The notes under the pieces are model-generated. The model searched no databases, was not told where the DNA came from, and was given only the letters and a program-made list of their open reading frames with translations. From the NCBI GenBank assembly GCA_963733295.1, contig CAVTCS010000003.1:1216001-1280000 (forward strand): 64,000 bases of DNA. The letters run 5' to 3'. Shown piece after piece: positions 1 to 11,256 of this stretch (positions are counted from its first letter, which is position 1; each line of letters begins with the position of its first letter). The DNA comes from Vulcanimicrobiota bacterium. GTDB taxonomy: Bacteria; Vulcanimicrobiota; Vulcanimicrobiia; Vulcanimicrobiales; Vulcanimicrobiaceae. Both the position numbers and the translations under genes were made by a program.

Positions 1-2175
1 CGACCGGTCCTGCCCGCCGATCTTCCACGCGAGGCAGGTGCTCTCGAATTCGTCGATCGCAACGGCCTCCGCTTGGGAACCGTCCTCGGACGCGACGAGC
101 GCCACACGATGTCGGTTCCGCTCGAGCGGATCGCGCCCGTCTTTCGCGCAGCCGTCGTCGCCGCCGAAGACCGCCGCTTTCTCGAGCACGGCACCCTCGA
201 TGTGCCTTCCGCGGTTCGCGCCGGCGCGCTCGGCCTTATCGGCCACCGGTTCCCTCACGGCGCATCGACGCTCTCGATGCAGCTCGGCCGGCTCGTGAAC
301 CCGGTACCGGATTCGCCCCTCGGCAAACTCCACGAGATCCTCTTCGCGAACCGGCTCGAATTCGGAATGAGCAAGAACGCGATTCTCGAGGCATACGCCA
401 ATCGCGCTCCGATGGGTTCGAACCTGTACGGCGTCGAGGCTGCCTCGCGGACCTACTTCGGCACGCATGCCGACGAGCTGGACCTCGCGCAGGCCGCTCT
501 CCTCGCGGCGCTTCCAAACGATCCGGTGAGGCTCGATCCCTATCGGCACCGCGCGGCCCTCGAGGTGCGACGCCGCTTCATCTTGCAGCGCATGCTCGCC
601 TGCGGTTTCATCGCGCAAGGCGAGGCCGAGAACGCCGCTCGCGAGCGCGTCGTCGTGCTGCCGCGGAGGCTCGGCATCGTCGCCGCGCCGCATTTCTTGT
701 TCGCCATCGCTCGGACCGTGCCGGCCGACCGCGAGCGCGTACGCACGACGATCGATCGTCCCCTACAGCTCTTCGTCGAAGCGCAGGTGCGTGCGGTCGT
801 CGCGGCGCTCGGCGCGAACGACGTCCGCGACGCGGCGGCTATCGTCATCGACAATCGCACGGCGCAGGTCCTCGCCTATGCCGGCTCACCTGACTACTTT
901 TCCGACGCGGACTTCGGCCGCAACGACGGCGTCTTGGCGCTTCGTCAACCAGGCTCGGCGCTCAAACCGTTCTTGTACGAACTCGCGCTCGAGCGGCGCG
1001 CGATCAGGCCGGCCACGATTCTCGCCGACGTTCCAGTCGCCTATGCGCTGCCCGATGCGAGACTCTATCGTCCGAGCGACTACTCCGAGCACTTCGCCGG
1101 TCCGGTGCGCGTACGCATCGCTCTGGCCGACTCGTTGAACGTTCCCGCAGTCCGTGTGCTCGAACGCGTGGGCGTCCAGGCGTTTTTGGACCGGCTGCAC
1201 GAACTCGGTTTCAGCGAGCTCCAAAAGCCGGCTTCGTACTACGGGCTCGGACTCACGCTTGGCGGCGGAGAAGTCAGCTTATACGAACTAGCGCGCGCCT
1301 ATCTGGCGGCCGCGCGCGGAGGCGCTGCAGTCGATCTCGTGAGCAGCCTCGACGCTCCGCCCGCGCCGCAAGCGCTGCCCGGCGACCCCGCCTGGGCTCT
1401 CGTAACCGACATTCTCGCCGACGATCATGCGCGCGCGGCGGCCTTCGGCACGCACTCGATCCTCTCGCTGCCGTTTCCCGCCGCCGTTAAAACGGGGACC
1501 TCCTCGGACTTCCGCGATACTTGGACCGCAGGTTTCTCGCGCGACTACACCGTCGCGGTCTGGGTCGGCAACTTCGATGGTTCGCCGATGCGCGGAATCA
1601 GCGGCGTGACCGGTGCGGCGCCCCTCTGGAGCCGCATCATGCTTCACCTTCACGAAGGGCGCGAAGCGCGAGCCTTCGATCCGCCCCGCGGCTACGTTCG
1701 GCGAGCCATTTGCGCCGAAACGGGGACGCGTCCGTTTCCCGGGTGCCGCGCCAGCGTGCTCGAGTGGCTCGATCGTGGCGACCTTGCAGCCTACGTGCGG
1801 ACGCAACCGCGGGCGCTCGACGACGAATACGATACCTGGCTCGCGGCGCAGCCGGTGCGGGCCGGCCTCGTCACGCGCATCCTGTTTCCACGCGACGGCG
1901 ACATCTTCGTGCTCGAGCCCGGCGTCGCAAATCAAGCCTTGAAATTCGAGATCGGCGGGCGCGATGTGGCCTCCGCGCGCGCGTTCGTAAACGGAACCCC
2001 TTTGACGCGCTCAGGCCATGACTATCTCTGGCCGTTGCGGCTCGGCACCTTCGAGTTGCGCGTTCGCTCGCGTGCCGGCGAAAGCCGCGCGCGCTTCAGG
2101 GTCGTAGCGCCGGCACCGCGGCGCTACGGCTTCACGCTTGCGGCGTCCCGCCCAAGCTCCGCAGAAACGCGCTGA
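1..2175 (+). CDS. pbpC: Penicillin-binding protein 1C (transglycosylase/transpeptidase), 5' end outside window
   Basis: Frame open from base 1; EDRRF and GASTLSMQL transglycosylase motifs; SALK (SxxK), SLN and KTG transpeptidase motifs; C-terminal PBP1C-type extension. Confidence 0.9.
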   Translation, partial: RPVLPADLPREAGALEFVDRNGLRLGTVLGRDERHTMSVPLERIAPVFRAAVVAAEDRRFLEHGTLDVPSAVRAGALGLIGHRFPHGASTLSMQLGRLVNPVPDSPLGKLHEILFANRLEFGMSKNAILEAYANRAPMGSNLYGVEAASRTYFGTHADELDLAQAALLAALPNDPVRLDPYRHRAALEVRRRFILQRMLACGFIAQGEAENAARERVVVLPRRLGIVAAPHFLFAIARTVPADRERVRTTIDRPLQLFVEAQVRAVVAALGANDVRDAAAIVIDNRTAQVLAYAGSPDYFSDADFGRNDGVLALRQPGSALKPFLYELALERRAIRPATILADVPVAYALPDARLYRPSDYSEHFAGPVRVRIALADSLNVPAVRVLERVGVQAFLDRLHELGFSELQKPASYYGLGLTLGGGEVSLYELARAYLAAARGGAAVDLVSSLDAPPAPQALPGDPAWALVTDILADDHARAAAFGTHSILSLPFPAAVKTGTSSDFRDTWTAGFSRDYTVAVWVGNFDGSPMRGISGVTGAAPLWSRIMLHLHEGREARAFDPPRGYVRRAICAETGTRPFPGCRASVLEWLDRGDLAAYVRTQPRALDDEYDTWLAAQPVRAGLVTRILFPRDGDIFVLEPGVANQALKFEIGGRDVASARAFVNGTPLTRSGHDYLWPLRLGTFELRVRSRAGESRARFRVVAPAPRRYGFTLAASRPSSAETR

Positions 2176-2884
2176 ACGCGTCCCAATTCGCCTGCGCTCC
2201 GCTCGGATCGCGATCGACGCGCAACGTGGACGCGCCGTGTATTCCGGCCGAGGGCACGTAGTCGACCTTCCGCGTGCTCGGAATGACCGCGTAAATCGAG
2301 CGCCCCGCTTGGATTTCGGTCGCGTCGCTCGATGAGTCGATGAAGACCGGCACGTGGATCTGTCGCGCGGCAGCATGCACCGCGTTCTTGTCGCTGAGAT
2401 ATTCGTTCGGCGAGAAAGCGGCGACCGCCGCAACGTCGTGTGGGTGACGTGCGGCCAACAGGAAGACGAGCGCGGCCGAATAGCTGCTGCCCACGATATA
2501 GATCGGGACACCGGAGTGCGTTCGTTTCGCCCACAGAAGCGCTGCTTCCATGTCCGGAAGCGCCTTCATGTAGTCGCTGACGCTGGCGCCAAGGTGCTCG
2601 ACGGTCTCGTTGCCGGGCACGTAGAGGTTCCCGCCCGAGCGCTGATCGATCGCGAGGACGTTCATTCCAAGCTCGGCGATGCGCGGCGCGATCGGGTCGT
2701 ATTCGGTCTTGCTCGAACCGGCCTGGTGAAAGAGCAACACGACGGGAGCGTGCGCGGTCGCCGTGGGGTAACTCCGGGCGTAGACCTTCACGCCGTCCGA
2801 AGCGGTCAGCACGAGGCTCGAACCGGAAGGAGCTAAGGGCGGAACGAGGCCCATCCCGGCGATCAACGCGAGCGCTCGCAGCAT
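2132..2884 (-). CDS. Secreted alpha/beta hydrolase
   Basis: Signal peptide; FHQAGS, DQRSGG, GSSYS nucleophile elbow, C-terminal HG. Confidence 0.8.
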   Translation of the reverse strand: MLRALALIAGMGLVPPLAPSGSSLVLTASDGVKVYARSYPTATAHAPVVLLFHQAGSSKTEYDPIAPRIAELGMNVLAIDQRSGGNLYVPGNETVEHLGASVSDYMKALPDMEAALLWAKRTHSGVPIYIVGSSYSAALVFLLAARHPHDVAAVAAFSPNEYLSDKNAVHAAARQIHVPVFIDSSSDATEIQAGRSIYAVIPSTRKVDYVPSAGIHGASTLRVDRDPSGAQANWDAFSAFLRSLGGTPQA

Positions 2885-2935
2885 GCGGGCGGCTTCGCGC
2901 CGCACGACCTGCGTTCCGCCGCGAGCCCGCGGAGT

Positions 2936-3886
2936 TTAGCGGACGCTAAAGCTCAGTCCGCGCGGCTTCAGCGGGATCCCGCTGACGGGCGCGGCGCTGG
3001 AATGACTGATACGCTCCACGTCGTGGTCGGTTTCTAGCGAGCGGGGCCGCTCGAGCGGACGAACCTTCTCGGAATAGCGGATCGGTTCGGGCGCAGGCCC
3101 CGGGTAGCGCACGGGGTCGAGTTCGCGCTCGGCATCCAGGCGCGGCAATTCGGCCCGATATGACTGTCCCGGCGCAGCCTCGTCGCTGCGGTACATGGGA
3201 GCGGTGGGTTCCTCGATGCGATAGGCCGGCGCCGCGGGCTCTTCGACGCGGTAGGTGGGTGCCGCTTCGAGATGCACCGGGTGCAGCTCCGGCGGGTTCG
3301 GGCGCGCGATGCGCGGGAGATCGTATTCCGGGACGGCCTGCAAGATCGGCGCGGCCGGCACCGCAGCGACGGGCGGGGCAGGCGCGGCTGCGACCGGACC
3401 CGGCGAGACTTCTCCTTCGATCGATTCGAGCGTGTGCTGAACGAGCCGGTCGACGAATGCATCGAAAGGCGCGCGCACGGCGCGGCCCGTCGAACTGCCG
3501 ACAGGCACGAATTCGATCGAAGCCGTCGTGAAATCCGCGCTGATGTCGAAGTCCAGGATCTCCTCGACGTTTTCGAACACGTTCGGATTCGACTCGTGAT
3601 TGAAGCGGCCGGAACCGTCAACGCCGATGCGCATGCGGCTTCCATCGAACATCGCGAGTATCAGCGTGATCTCGCCGGCGCCCTTCGAACCTTCGGCCCC
3701 GAGATCGGCGAAGCGCGAACCCGAAACGGGATCGAGGTTCGTGAAGAAGTCGTCAAGCCTCGCCCTGAGGTAGCTCTGCAGACGCAAGATCGTGCCGACC
3801 CGGTCGGCACGCACTTCCAAAAGGCGTTCGCGGGCGGCGACGATCCGGTCAAAATTCTGCCTGAGCACAGCGTTCATCGGGAGCAT
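2936..3886 (-). CDS. Hypothetical protein with Pro/Ala/Glu-rich repetitive C-terminal half
   Basis: 316-aa ORF filling the gap; no recognisable domain. Confidence 0.65.
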   Translation of the reverse strand: MLPMNAVLRQNFDRIVAARERLLEVRADRVGTILRLQSYLRARLDDFFTNLDPVSGSRFADLGAEGSKGAGEITLILAMFDGSRMRIGVDGSGRFNHESNPNVFENVEEILDFDISADFTTASIEFVPVGSSTGRAVRAPFDAFVDRLVQHTLESIEGEVSPGPVAAAPAPPVAAVPAAPILQAVPEYDLPRIARPNPPELHPVHLEAAPTYRVEEPAAPAYRIEEPTAPMYRSDEAAPGQSYRAELPRLDAERELDPVRYPGPAPEPIRYSEKVRPLERPRSLETDHDVERISHSSAAPVSGIPLKPRGLSFSVR

Positions 3887-3989
3887 CCTCTAACGTGTTC
3901 CATCGTACTTTAAATCTCGGGTGGAACCGCCCGCGGCTCCTGTGAAACCGGGCCCGTGGACCCAAACCATGATCCAGCGCACGCCCGCC

Positions 3990-5126
3990 TCAGCCGGCTC
4001 CCGTGCGTGGGCGCACGAGCGGCAGTCCATCCTTGTCGAAGTGCGCGCCGGTCAGCCAGCGGATAAAGTACTCGTAACTCGCGTAGCCCGCTTTGACCCG
4101 GTTCGCGTGCAGGTACGCGTTGTACGCCGTGCGCTGAGCGCGCGCGACCGTGGGGTTGGTTTGCCTCGCGTAGCGTTTGCGAATCGCTTCCACGTCCCCG
4201 GCCGCGAGCGCCGACAGCTGGTGCGTGACGTGGACGTTGGAAGGCAAGTTGAACCAGGTCAAAAGCCAGCCCGAATACCGGAAGAGCGGATCGTCCGAGT
4301 TGGTGCACGCCAAGACCGCGATCAGGTTCGCCTCGGACTCGTCGGCAAAACCTGCCAAATGCGCCCACTCGTGCGCGTAAACGGCGGGACGCTCGTACGC
4401 CGAAAGGGTGGCATCGACATTGAGCTCGTGCGTCCACGGATCCATGAAACCGTCGCTTCCCGAGGCGACCATCAACAGCTGGAAAATAGTCGGCTTGATC
4501 GGCGGCGCCGCGAACGAAGCGTCGTCGCCCAGACGGTGGATCGCCGCTCCGAAGGTGGGCGCGAGCCGCGTTCCCATTTGCGAGACCGTCGGCACCGTGA
4601 CTCCGTGCGCGGCTTCGGCATTCGCATTGAGTTCGTCAACCACACGGTCTGCAAACTTGGCGACTGAGTCTTCGTTCGTGCGGGCGTTATCGACGATGAT
4701 CTTCGACGCGGCCGGCACGCGATCGTAGCTGTACCCCCAGGCCACCGTGAACCAGATGAAGACGAGCGCCAACAAAGCGGCCGTACGCAGCAACGCCGCG
4801 ACGATGACTGCAGGCTTGCGGCGGCGCAGTGCGTCGCGCGTCGTGTCGAACAGCCAAAGCGCGAGCGTGACGAGCAACACGATAATCAGTGCGTCCCCTA
4901 CCGAAAACGGCAAGGGCTGAAAAATCCCCCGGATCGCTCCGTCGATATGGGGGTAGTATCCATTGGAGTAGTGCCGCTCAATCCAAACCGGCGACGGCAC
5001 GAGATACCGCAGATCGACTGCGACGATGATCGCCACGATGTCGGCGAACGCCAGCGCATACCCCACGAGGGTTCGCTTCGGTTCGCGCCTTGCGTCGCCC
5101 CTCACGAGGGCGCGGCTCGAGCGCAT
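3990..5126 (-). CDS. DUF3810-like membrane protein with zinc-metallopeptidase motif (start uncertain)
   Basis: N-terminal TM helices, PFSVGD, HEWAH followed by ESEAN. Confidence 0.75.
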   Translation of the reverse strand: MRSSRALVRGDARREPKRTLVGYALAFADIVAIIVAVDLRYLVPSPVWIERHYSNGYYPHIDGAIRGIFQPLPFSVGDALIIVLLVTLALWLFDTTRDALRRRKPAVIVAALLRTAALLALVFIWFTVAWGYSYDRVPAASKIIVDNARTNEDSVAKFADRVVDELNANAEAAHGVTVPTVSQMGTRLAPTFGAAIHRLGDDASFAAPPIKPTIFQLLMVASGSDGFMDPWTHELNVDATLSAYERPAVYAHEWAHLAGFADESEANLIAVLACTNSDDPLFRYSGWLLTWFNLPSNVHVTHQLSALAAGDVEAIRKRYARQTNPTVARAQRTAYNAYLHANRVKAGYASYEYFIRWLTGAHFDKDGLPLVRPRTGAG

Positions 5127-5140
5127 TCGAACCGCTCGAA

Positions 5141-5670
5141 ATGCTGCGCGCTGCGGTCGTCATCGCTCTCATCGGCTACGAGTCGCCGGCCTTTCTCGTG
5201 GTGCGCCGGGCCGCGCACCTGCGACGGAACCCGGGCGAAATCGCCTTTCCCGGCGGTTTGGTCGACGACGCCGACGCGGGAGCGGAGGCGACCGCACTTC
5301 GCGAGTTCGAAGAAGAGCTCGGCGTGCCGCGCGAGCGGGTTCGCGTCGTCGACCGGCTCGACGATGTCGAAACGCTCGCGTTGTCGGTGACCGTAACGCC
5401 GTTCGTCGGGACCATTGCACCGCCGGTGTCGATCGAAATCGACGCGCGCGAGATCGCAAGCGTGCACGAGGTTCCGCTCCGGGCGTTGTACCTTCCGGGA
5501 GCCCTGCACCACGGAACCGAGCCGGTCGAGCGTGGCGGAAAGCGCTACGACGTCCCCACCTGGCTCTTCGATTTCGAGGGGCTGCACATCTGGGGCGCTA
5601 CGGCGCGCATCCTCGAATCGTTCCTGCGACGCTATCCGGAAATCGCGAGCGTCCCGCGCCCCGAGAAGGT

Positions 5671-5674
<4 letters not shown>
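5141..5674 (+). CDS. NUDIX hydrolase, CoA pyrophosphatase type
   Basis: PGEIAFPGG, Nudix box [16 protein letters not shown]. Confidence 0.88.
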
Positions 5675-6933
<1,259 letters not shown>

Positions 6934-6946
6934 TAGGCAGTAAAGC

Positions 6947-7561
6947 TCACGTCAGCGCGCTCGCTCCGGTGCGATTCTCTTTGCTGAAGATCTGATCCAC
7001 GAGTCCGTAGTCGCGAGCCTCCTCGGCCGTCATGTAGTAGTCCCGGTCGATGTCCTTGAGTATCTGCTCGATGGATTTCTTCGTCGTCTTCTCGTAAATG
7101 CCCGCGAGCATCTTGCGGGTCGCGATAAGGTCCCTAGCGGCGATCTCCACGTCGGTCGCCTGGCCGCCTACCTGCTGGACCCAGGGCTGGTGTATGAGGA
7201 TCTTTGCGTACTGAAGCGAGTACCGCTTCCCGGGCGCCCCGCCGGTCAATAGGATCGAGCCCATCGAGGCTGCCATTCCGGCGCAAATCGTGGCGACGTC
7301 CGGCCGGATTAACTGCATGGTGTCATAGACCGCCAGCCCCGCGGTGACGCTTCCCCCAGGACTGTTGATGTACATATCGATGTCTCTATCGGCGTCTTCT
7401 CGCTCGAGGAAGAGCAGCTGCGCGATCACTAAGTTCGCAAGATGGTCGTCGATCGGCCCCCCCACGAAAATGATGCGTTCTTTGAGCAGACGTGAATAGA
7501 TGTCAAAGGCGCGCTCCCCCCGCGCGCTCTGTTCGACCACCATCGGGACCAGGTGACCCAT
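6947..7561 (-). CDS. clpP: Clp protease proteolytic subunit
   Basis: [28 protein letters not shown]. Confidence 0.98.
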   Translation of the reverse strand: MGHLVPMVVEQSARGERAFDIYSRLLKERIIFVGGPIDDHLANLVIAQLLFLEREDADRDIDMYINSPGGSVTAGLAVYDTMQLIRPDVATICAGMAASMGSILLTGGAPGKRYSLQYAKILIHQPWVQQVGGQATDVEIAARDLIATRKMLAGIYEKTTKKSIEQILKDIDRDYYMTAEEARDYGLVDQIFSKENRTGASALT

Positions 7562-7609
7562 GCAAGACTCCTACTGACGGGAACGGACGAAAAGTGTTCT
7601 CTTCCTTGA

Positions 7610-8932
7610 CTACGCCGGAGCGCTGGGAGTTGCTTCAGGCGGGGTGCCGGCGACCTGCGCGTTCCTGAGCAAGAAGTCGAGGGTCTTGCTGCGTACGATG
7701 CCGTCGACGACCGAGTGGAGATTCGGCCGGAGCATCTGCAGGATCGCCTCCCGGGATTGTCCGTATTGGCGCGCGAGCGACGCGACCTCGGCCTCGACAT
7801 CGCCGGGGGTCGCCTCGATCTTTTCGCGCTTGGCGATTTCCTCGAGCAGGAGGGTCGTCTTGACGAGGCGCTCGGCCTCGGTGTGATAGTCGGCTCGCAT
7901 TTGCTCGGGTGTCTTGCCCTGCTGTTCGAGATAGGCTTCCCAGGTTAAGCCCGCCCGCTCGATTCGCCCGCGCTCCTCGTTCCACAGATGCTCGGTTTCG
8001 CGTTCTACCATAACGACCGGAAGGGCGAAGTCGTGCGCCGATAGCAACTGGTCCACGAGTTGGGAGGTGCGGCGGCGCTGCGCATGGTTAAAGGCCTGGA
8101 GTTCGAGGCGACGGCGCATGTCGCTTCGCAACGCCTCCAGGGTCGCTTTCTCGCCGCCGAAGCGCTGTGCGAAAGCGTCGTCGAGTGCGGGAATTTCGGC
8201 CTTTTTGTTCTCGTGGACTTTCACGCTGAAAACGGGCTTCTTGCCGGCGAGCGCGGCGTTCGAATAGTCCTCGGGAAACGCGGCTTCCACTTGACGCTCT
8301 TCGCCCGCTTGCATGCCGACGATGCCCGCAACGAAGCCGGGAATGAAGCGATCCGCGATCAGCTCGACCGGCTGGTTTTCAGCCTTTCCGCCATCGAACG
8401 GCACGCCGTCGATCCGGCCCTCGTAATCCAGCGTCGGAACGTCGCCGGCCTCGACCGGGCGATCGACGGGAACCAGCGTCGCGGCTTCGCGCCGGAGCGC
8501 TTCTAAGGAACGCTCGAGGTCCTCATCCGTAACCGTGGCCGGCTGGGCATCGACCGCGAGCCCCTTGTACTCGGCGAGCTCGATCGGCGGCCGGACCGAA
8601 ACCGTCGCGCGCAGTCGCAGCGGCCGGCCTTCTTCCTCCGGCAGCAACTCCATTTGCGGCTCGTCGACGGGTTCGAGCGCGTTCTCTTTCAGAGCGCGCG
8701 GATAAGCATCGCGGACGACCCGATCCATGGCCCGTTCGGCAATTCCGTCGGTTCCGTACTGGGCTTCGAAGACTTTGCGCGGCGCCTTGCCCGGCCGAAA
8801 CCCGGGAATGCGAACGTTCTTCACGAGCTCGCGAAAGGCGCGCTCCCTTGCGGCGTCTAGCTCAGCTTCTGAGATCTCGATTTCAAGCTCGACTAGCGTC
8901 GGGTCGAGCTGTTTGACGGAGGCTGAGCTCAC
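7610..8932 (-). CDS. tig: Trigger factor
   Basis: GFRPGKAP ribosome-binding motif, FKBP domain, tig-clpP-clpX order. Confidence 0.97.
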   Translation of the reverse strand: MSSASVKQLDPTLVELEIEISEAELDAARERAFRELVKNVRIPGFRPGKAPRKVFEAQYGTDGIAERAMDRVVRDAYPRALKENALEPVDEPQMELLPEEEGRPLRLRATVSVRPPIELAEYKGLAVDAQPATVTDEDLERSLEALRREAATLVPVDRPVEAGDVPTLDYEGRIDGVPFDGGKAENQPVELIADRFIPGFVAGIVGMQAGEERQVEAAFPEDYSNAALAGKKPVFSVKVHENKKAEIPALDDAFAQRFGGEKATLEALRSDMRRRLELQAFNHAQRRRTSQLVDQLLSAHDFALPVVMVERETEHLWNEERGRIERAGLTWEAYLEQQGKTPEQMRADYHTEAERLVKTTLLLEEIAKREKIEATPGDVEAEVASLARQYGQSREAILQMLRPNLHSVVDGIVRSKTLDFLLRNAQVAGTPPEATPSAPA

Positions 8933-8963
8933 GGTGCGCCGGGGACCTTTCTCGGAAAAGTCG

Positions 8964-9038
8964 TGGAGCGGAAGACGAGATTCGAACTCGCGACCCTCGC
9001 CTTGGCAAGGCGATGCTCTACCACTGAGCTACTTCCGC
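8964..9038 (-). tRNA. tRNA-Gly(GCC)
   Basis: Cloverleaf, anticodon loop TTGCCAA, TTCGAAT T-loop, encoded CCA. Confidence 0.97.
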
Positions 9039-9092
9039 GGGGGACCCGCGTTGGTTCGGCGCCGCCGGGCGGATTCTTCCAGCGTGCGCAAA

Positions 9093-9174
<82 letters not shown>

Positions 9175-9230
9175 CCGGAACTGCGGAATGATAGCGCGGG
9201 CGTGAGCTCCGGGTCAAGGCGCCGGCGCCT

Positions 9231-9419
9231 TTACCAGAGCGCCCCATCGCCGACGAGGAGGTAGAGGATCGGGCCGATGCCCCAAAGGAGGCCGACGAGC
9301 GCCCAGATCACTTTTTTCCCGTCGGACACATCGGTCCGTCCGAGCAAATTAAGCATCATGAGAATCCAAGCAATTGGATGCAAGATGATGGCGACGATGA
9401 TTTCAAGCAAGCGCTTCAT
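9231..9419 (-). CDS. Small membrane protein, PLDc_N-like
   Basis: Two hydrophobic helices with KVIW...GPILYLLVG pattern. Confidence 0.7.
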   Translation of the reverse strand: MKRLLEIIVAIILHPIAWILMMLNLLGRTDVSDGKKVIWALVGLLWGIGPILYLLVGDGALW

Positions 9420-9502
9420 GGAACGGCCGGCCTCCGCGTCCTGGGATAAGGAGGGGAAACGAAGCGAGCGCCCCGTGCGAGCGCCCGACTTCGGTGTTCG
9501 TG

Positions 9503-9574
9503 TGCACCGCGAGGGACTTGAACCCCCAACCAAGTGATTAAGAGTCACCTGCTCTACCATTGAGCTAGCGGTGC
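9503..9574 (-). tRNA. tRNA-Lys(CTT)
   Basis: Cloverleaf, loop CTCTTAA; CCA not encoded. Confidence 0.95.
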
Positions 9575-9735
9575 GGATATCCGAACCGGAAGCCGTGGGA
9601 TTCATCCTTTAATGACCGGCTCCTCGAAGTCCGCGTGCGAGCATACCACACGACCCTTAGCGAATTCAATCACGGGGTGCCGGCTCGCTCTTTATTGAAA
9701 GCGAGGGTCTCGGACCGCCACGAAAGGAACCCGCC

Positions 9736-10095
9736 TTGCTTCTCGCTCTTATCGCAGCGGTGATTCTGGCCGCTCAGACTCCTACGATCGGCAGCTACGG
9801 TCCCATCACAGTGACCAACTGCAGCTTGCACAACAACAACGGGCTCGTCGCCGCCAACAGCCTGGACATCAAGTACTTCAACAACACGGGTGACCGCACT
9901 ATCACCGCGGTTCACTTTCACGTTCGCTACCGGGGCGTCGTCGAGGAGTTCACCGATAGCGGGAGCTTCGGCCCGGGCGCCCACGTGCATCACACGTTCA
10001 ATAACTTTTACGGGCTCGGCTGGGCCGGAGCGTATCCGTCGACGTGCAGCGTCAAGTCCGTGACCTTCAGCAACGGGCAAGTCCACAAGATCTGA
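9736..10095 (+). CDS. Small secreted beta-rich protein (paralogue of 21312..21758)
   Basis: AAGGAA RBS, signal peptide, two Cys, DxGxF...HxF motif. Confidence 0.75.
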   Translation: MLLALIAAVILAAQTPTIGSYGPITVTNCSLHNNNGLVAANSLDIKYFNNTGDRTITAVHFHVRYRGVVEEFTDSGSFGPGAHVHHTFNNFYGLGWAGAYPSTCSVKSVTFSNGQVHKI

Positions 10096-10099
10096 GCGC

Positions 10100-11134
10100 T
10101 TAAGGTGCGATTTTTCCGATCTTGTTCGCGAAATATTCGGTAAACCAGAGGTTGCCGTCGGGACCGGCTGTGATGCCTGTCGGAGCGGAGGACGACGTCG
10201 GGACCGGATAGACTGAAGCCGCTAAGTCCACCGGGCTGAGCTGCCCGATCGCGTTTGAGCCCTGCGCGGTAAACCAAAGGTTACCGTTGGGTCCGGTCAC
10301 GATGCCGCTCGGATCGGAGGCTCCGATTGCGTACTCGGTCGCGACGCCGGCGGTCGTGATCTTGCCGATCGCGCTCGTTCCCTCGTCCGCAAACCACAGG
10401 TTGCCGTCGGGACCCAGAGTAATGCCCTGCGGATTTGAACCCGGGAATGCGGAGAGCGAATATTGCGTCAGCGTTCCGCTCGTTGAAATCTTCCCGATGT
10501 TGGCGCCCGTGACGTTACCGCCCGTGACGACTAATTCCGTGAACCACAGGTTGCCGTCAGGCCCGGCGGCTATGCCGGCGGCGTCATTGCTTCCGATCGA
10601 ATAGTCAGTAACCGACCCGCTCGTCGTGACGTTTCCGACGGCGCCGTTTGCGGTAAACCAGATGTTGCCGTCCGGGCCCTTGGCGACCGAGGCGGGCCTC
10701 ACCGGTATCGCATATTCTGTGAACGTTCCGCCCGTCGTGACTTTGGCGACCTTGTTCGCGCCGTTTTCAGCGAACCAAAGGTTATTGTCCGGGCCCACGG
10801 CGATGCCGAGCGGAGCCGATGCGACGGTCGGAATCGAGTACTCGGTTAGGGCTCCGCTCGTTGTGATCTTGCCGATTTTGTTGCTGATCTCTGCGGTAAA
10901 CCAGAGATTTCCGTCAGGACCTGCGGTGATTCCCCACGGCATCGACTCTGCCGGCAAGGTGTATTCGGTCACCGGCCCCACCGACGGGGTTGAGGTCGGC
11001 CCGAATCCCGTCGGCGTGGCCGTTGGATGTCCCGACGGGGTCGAGTTGCTCGAACCCCCGCAGCCGGCAGCGCTAAGACCGAGAGCGAGCGATGCCAATG
11101 CGGGAACGATCAAACCGCGGATCTCAATGGGCAT
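10100..11134 (-). CDS. Vgb/NHL-like beta-propeller lipoprotein
   Basis: Lipobox AAGC, P/T linker, seven GPDGNLWF-type repeats. Confidence 0.85.
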   Translation of the reverse strand: MPIEIRGLIVPALASLALGLSAAGCGGSSNSTPSGHPTATPTGFGPTSTPSVGPVTEYTLPAESMPWGITAGPDGNLWFTAEISNKIGKITTSGALTEYSIPTVASAPLGIAVGPDNNLWFAENGANKVAKVTTGGTFTEYAIPVRPASVAKGPDGNIWFTANGAVGNVTTSGSVTDYSIGSNDAAGIAAGPDGNLWFTELVVTGGNVTGANIGKISTSGTLTQYSLSAFPGSNPQGITLGPDGNLWFADEGTSAIGKITTAGVATEYAIGASDPSGIVTGPNGNLWFTAQGSNAIGQLSPVDLAASVYPVPTSSSAPTGITAGPDGNLWFTEYFANKIGKIAP

Positions 11135-11160
11135 GTTTAACTGTTGCTTTTCCCGAACGC

Positions 11161-11245
11161 GCATCCCCTCGCGGGTTCGCTACATCAAGGGCGTAGGTCA
11201 CAACTTGCCGCAGGAAGCCCCGAGCGTCTTCGCGGACGCACCGAG
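11161..11245 (+). pseudogene. C-terminal relic of an alpha/beta hydrolase
   Basis: Translates IKGVGHNLPQEAPSVFADA, the catalytic-His segment of epoxide-hydrolase-like enzymes, with no gene body. Confidence 0.55.
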
Positions 11246-11256
11246 AGGGGGTTTGA

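Noticed and set aside
10100..11134. Streptogramin B resistance (vgb)
   Set aside because: Only the propeller repeat is evident; lipoprotein signal and no verified catalytic residues
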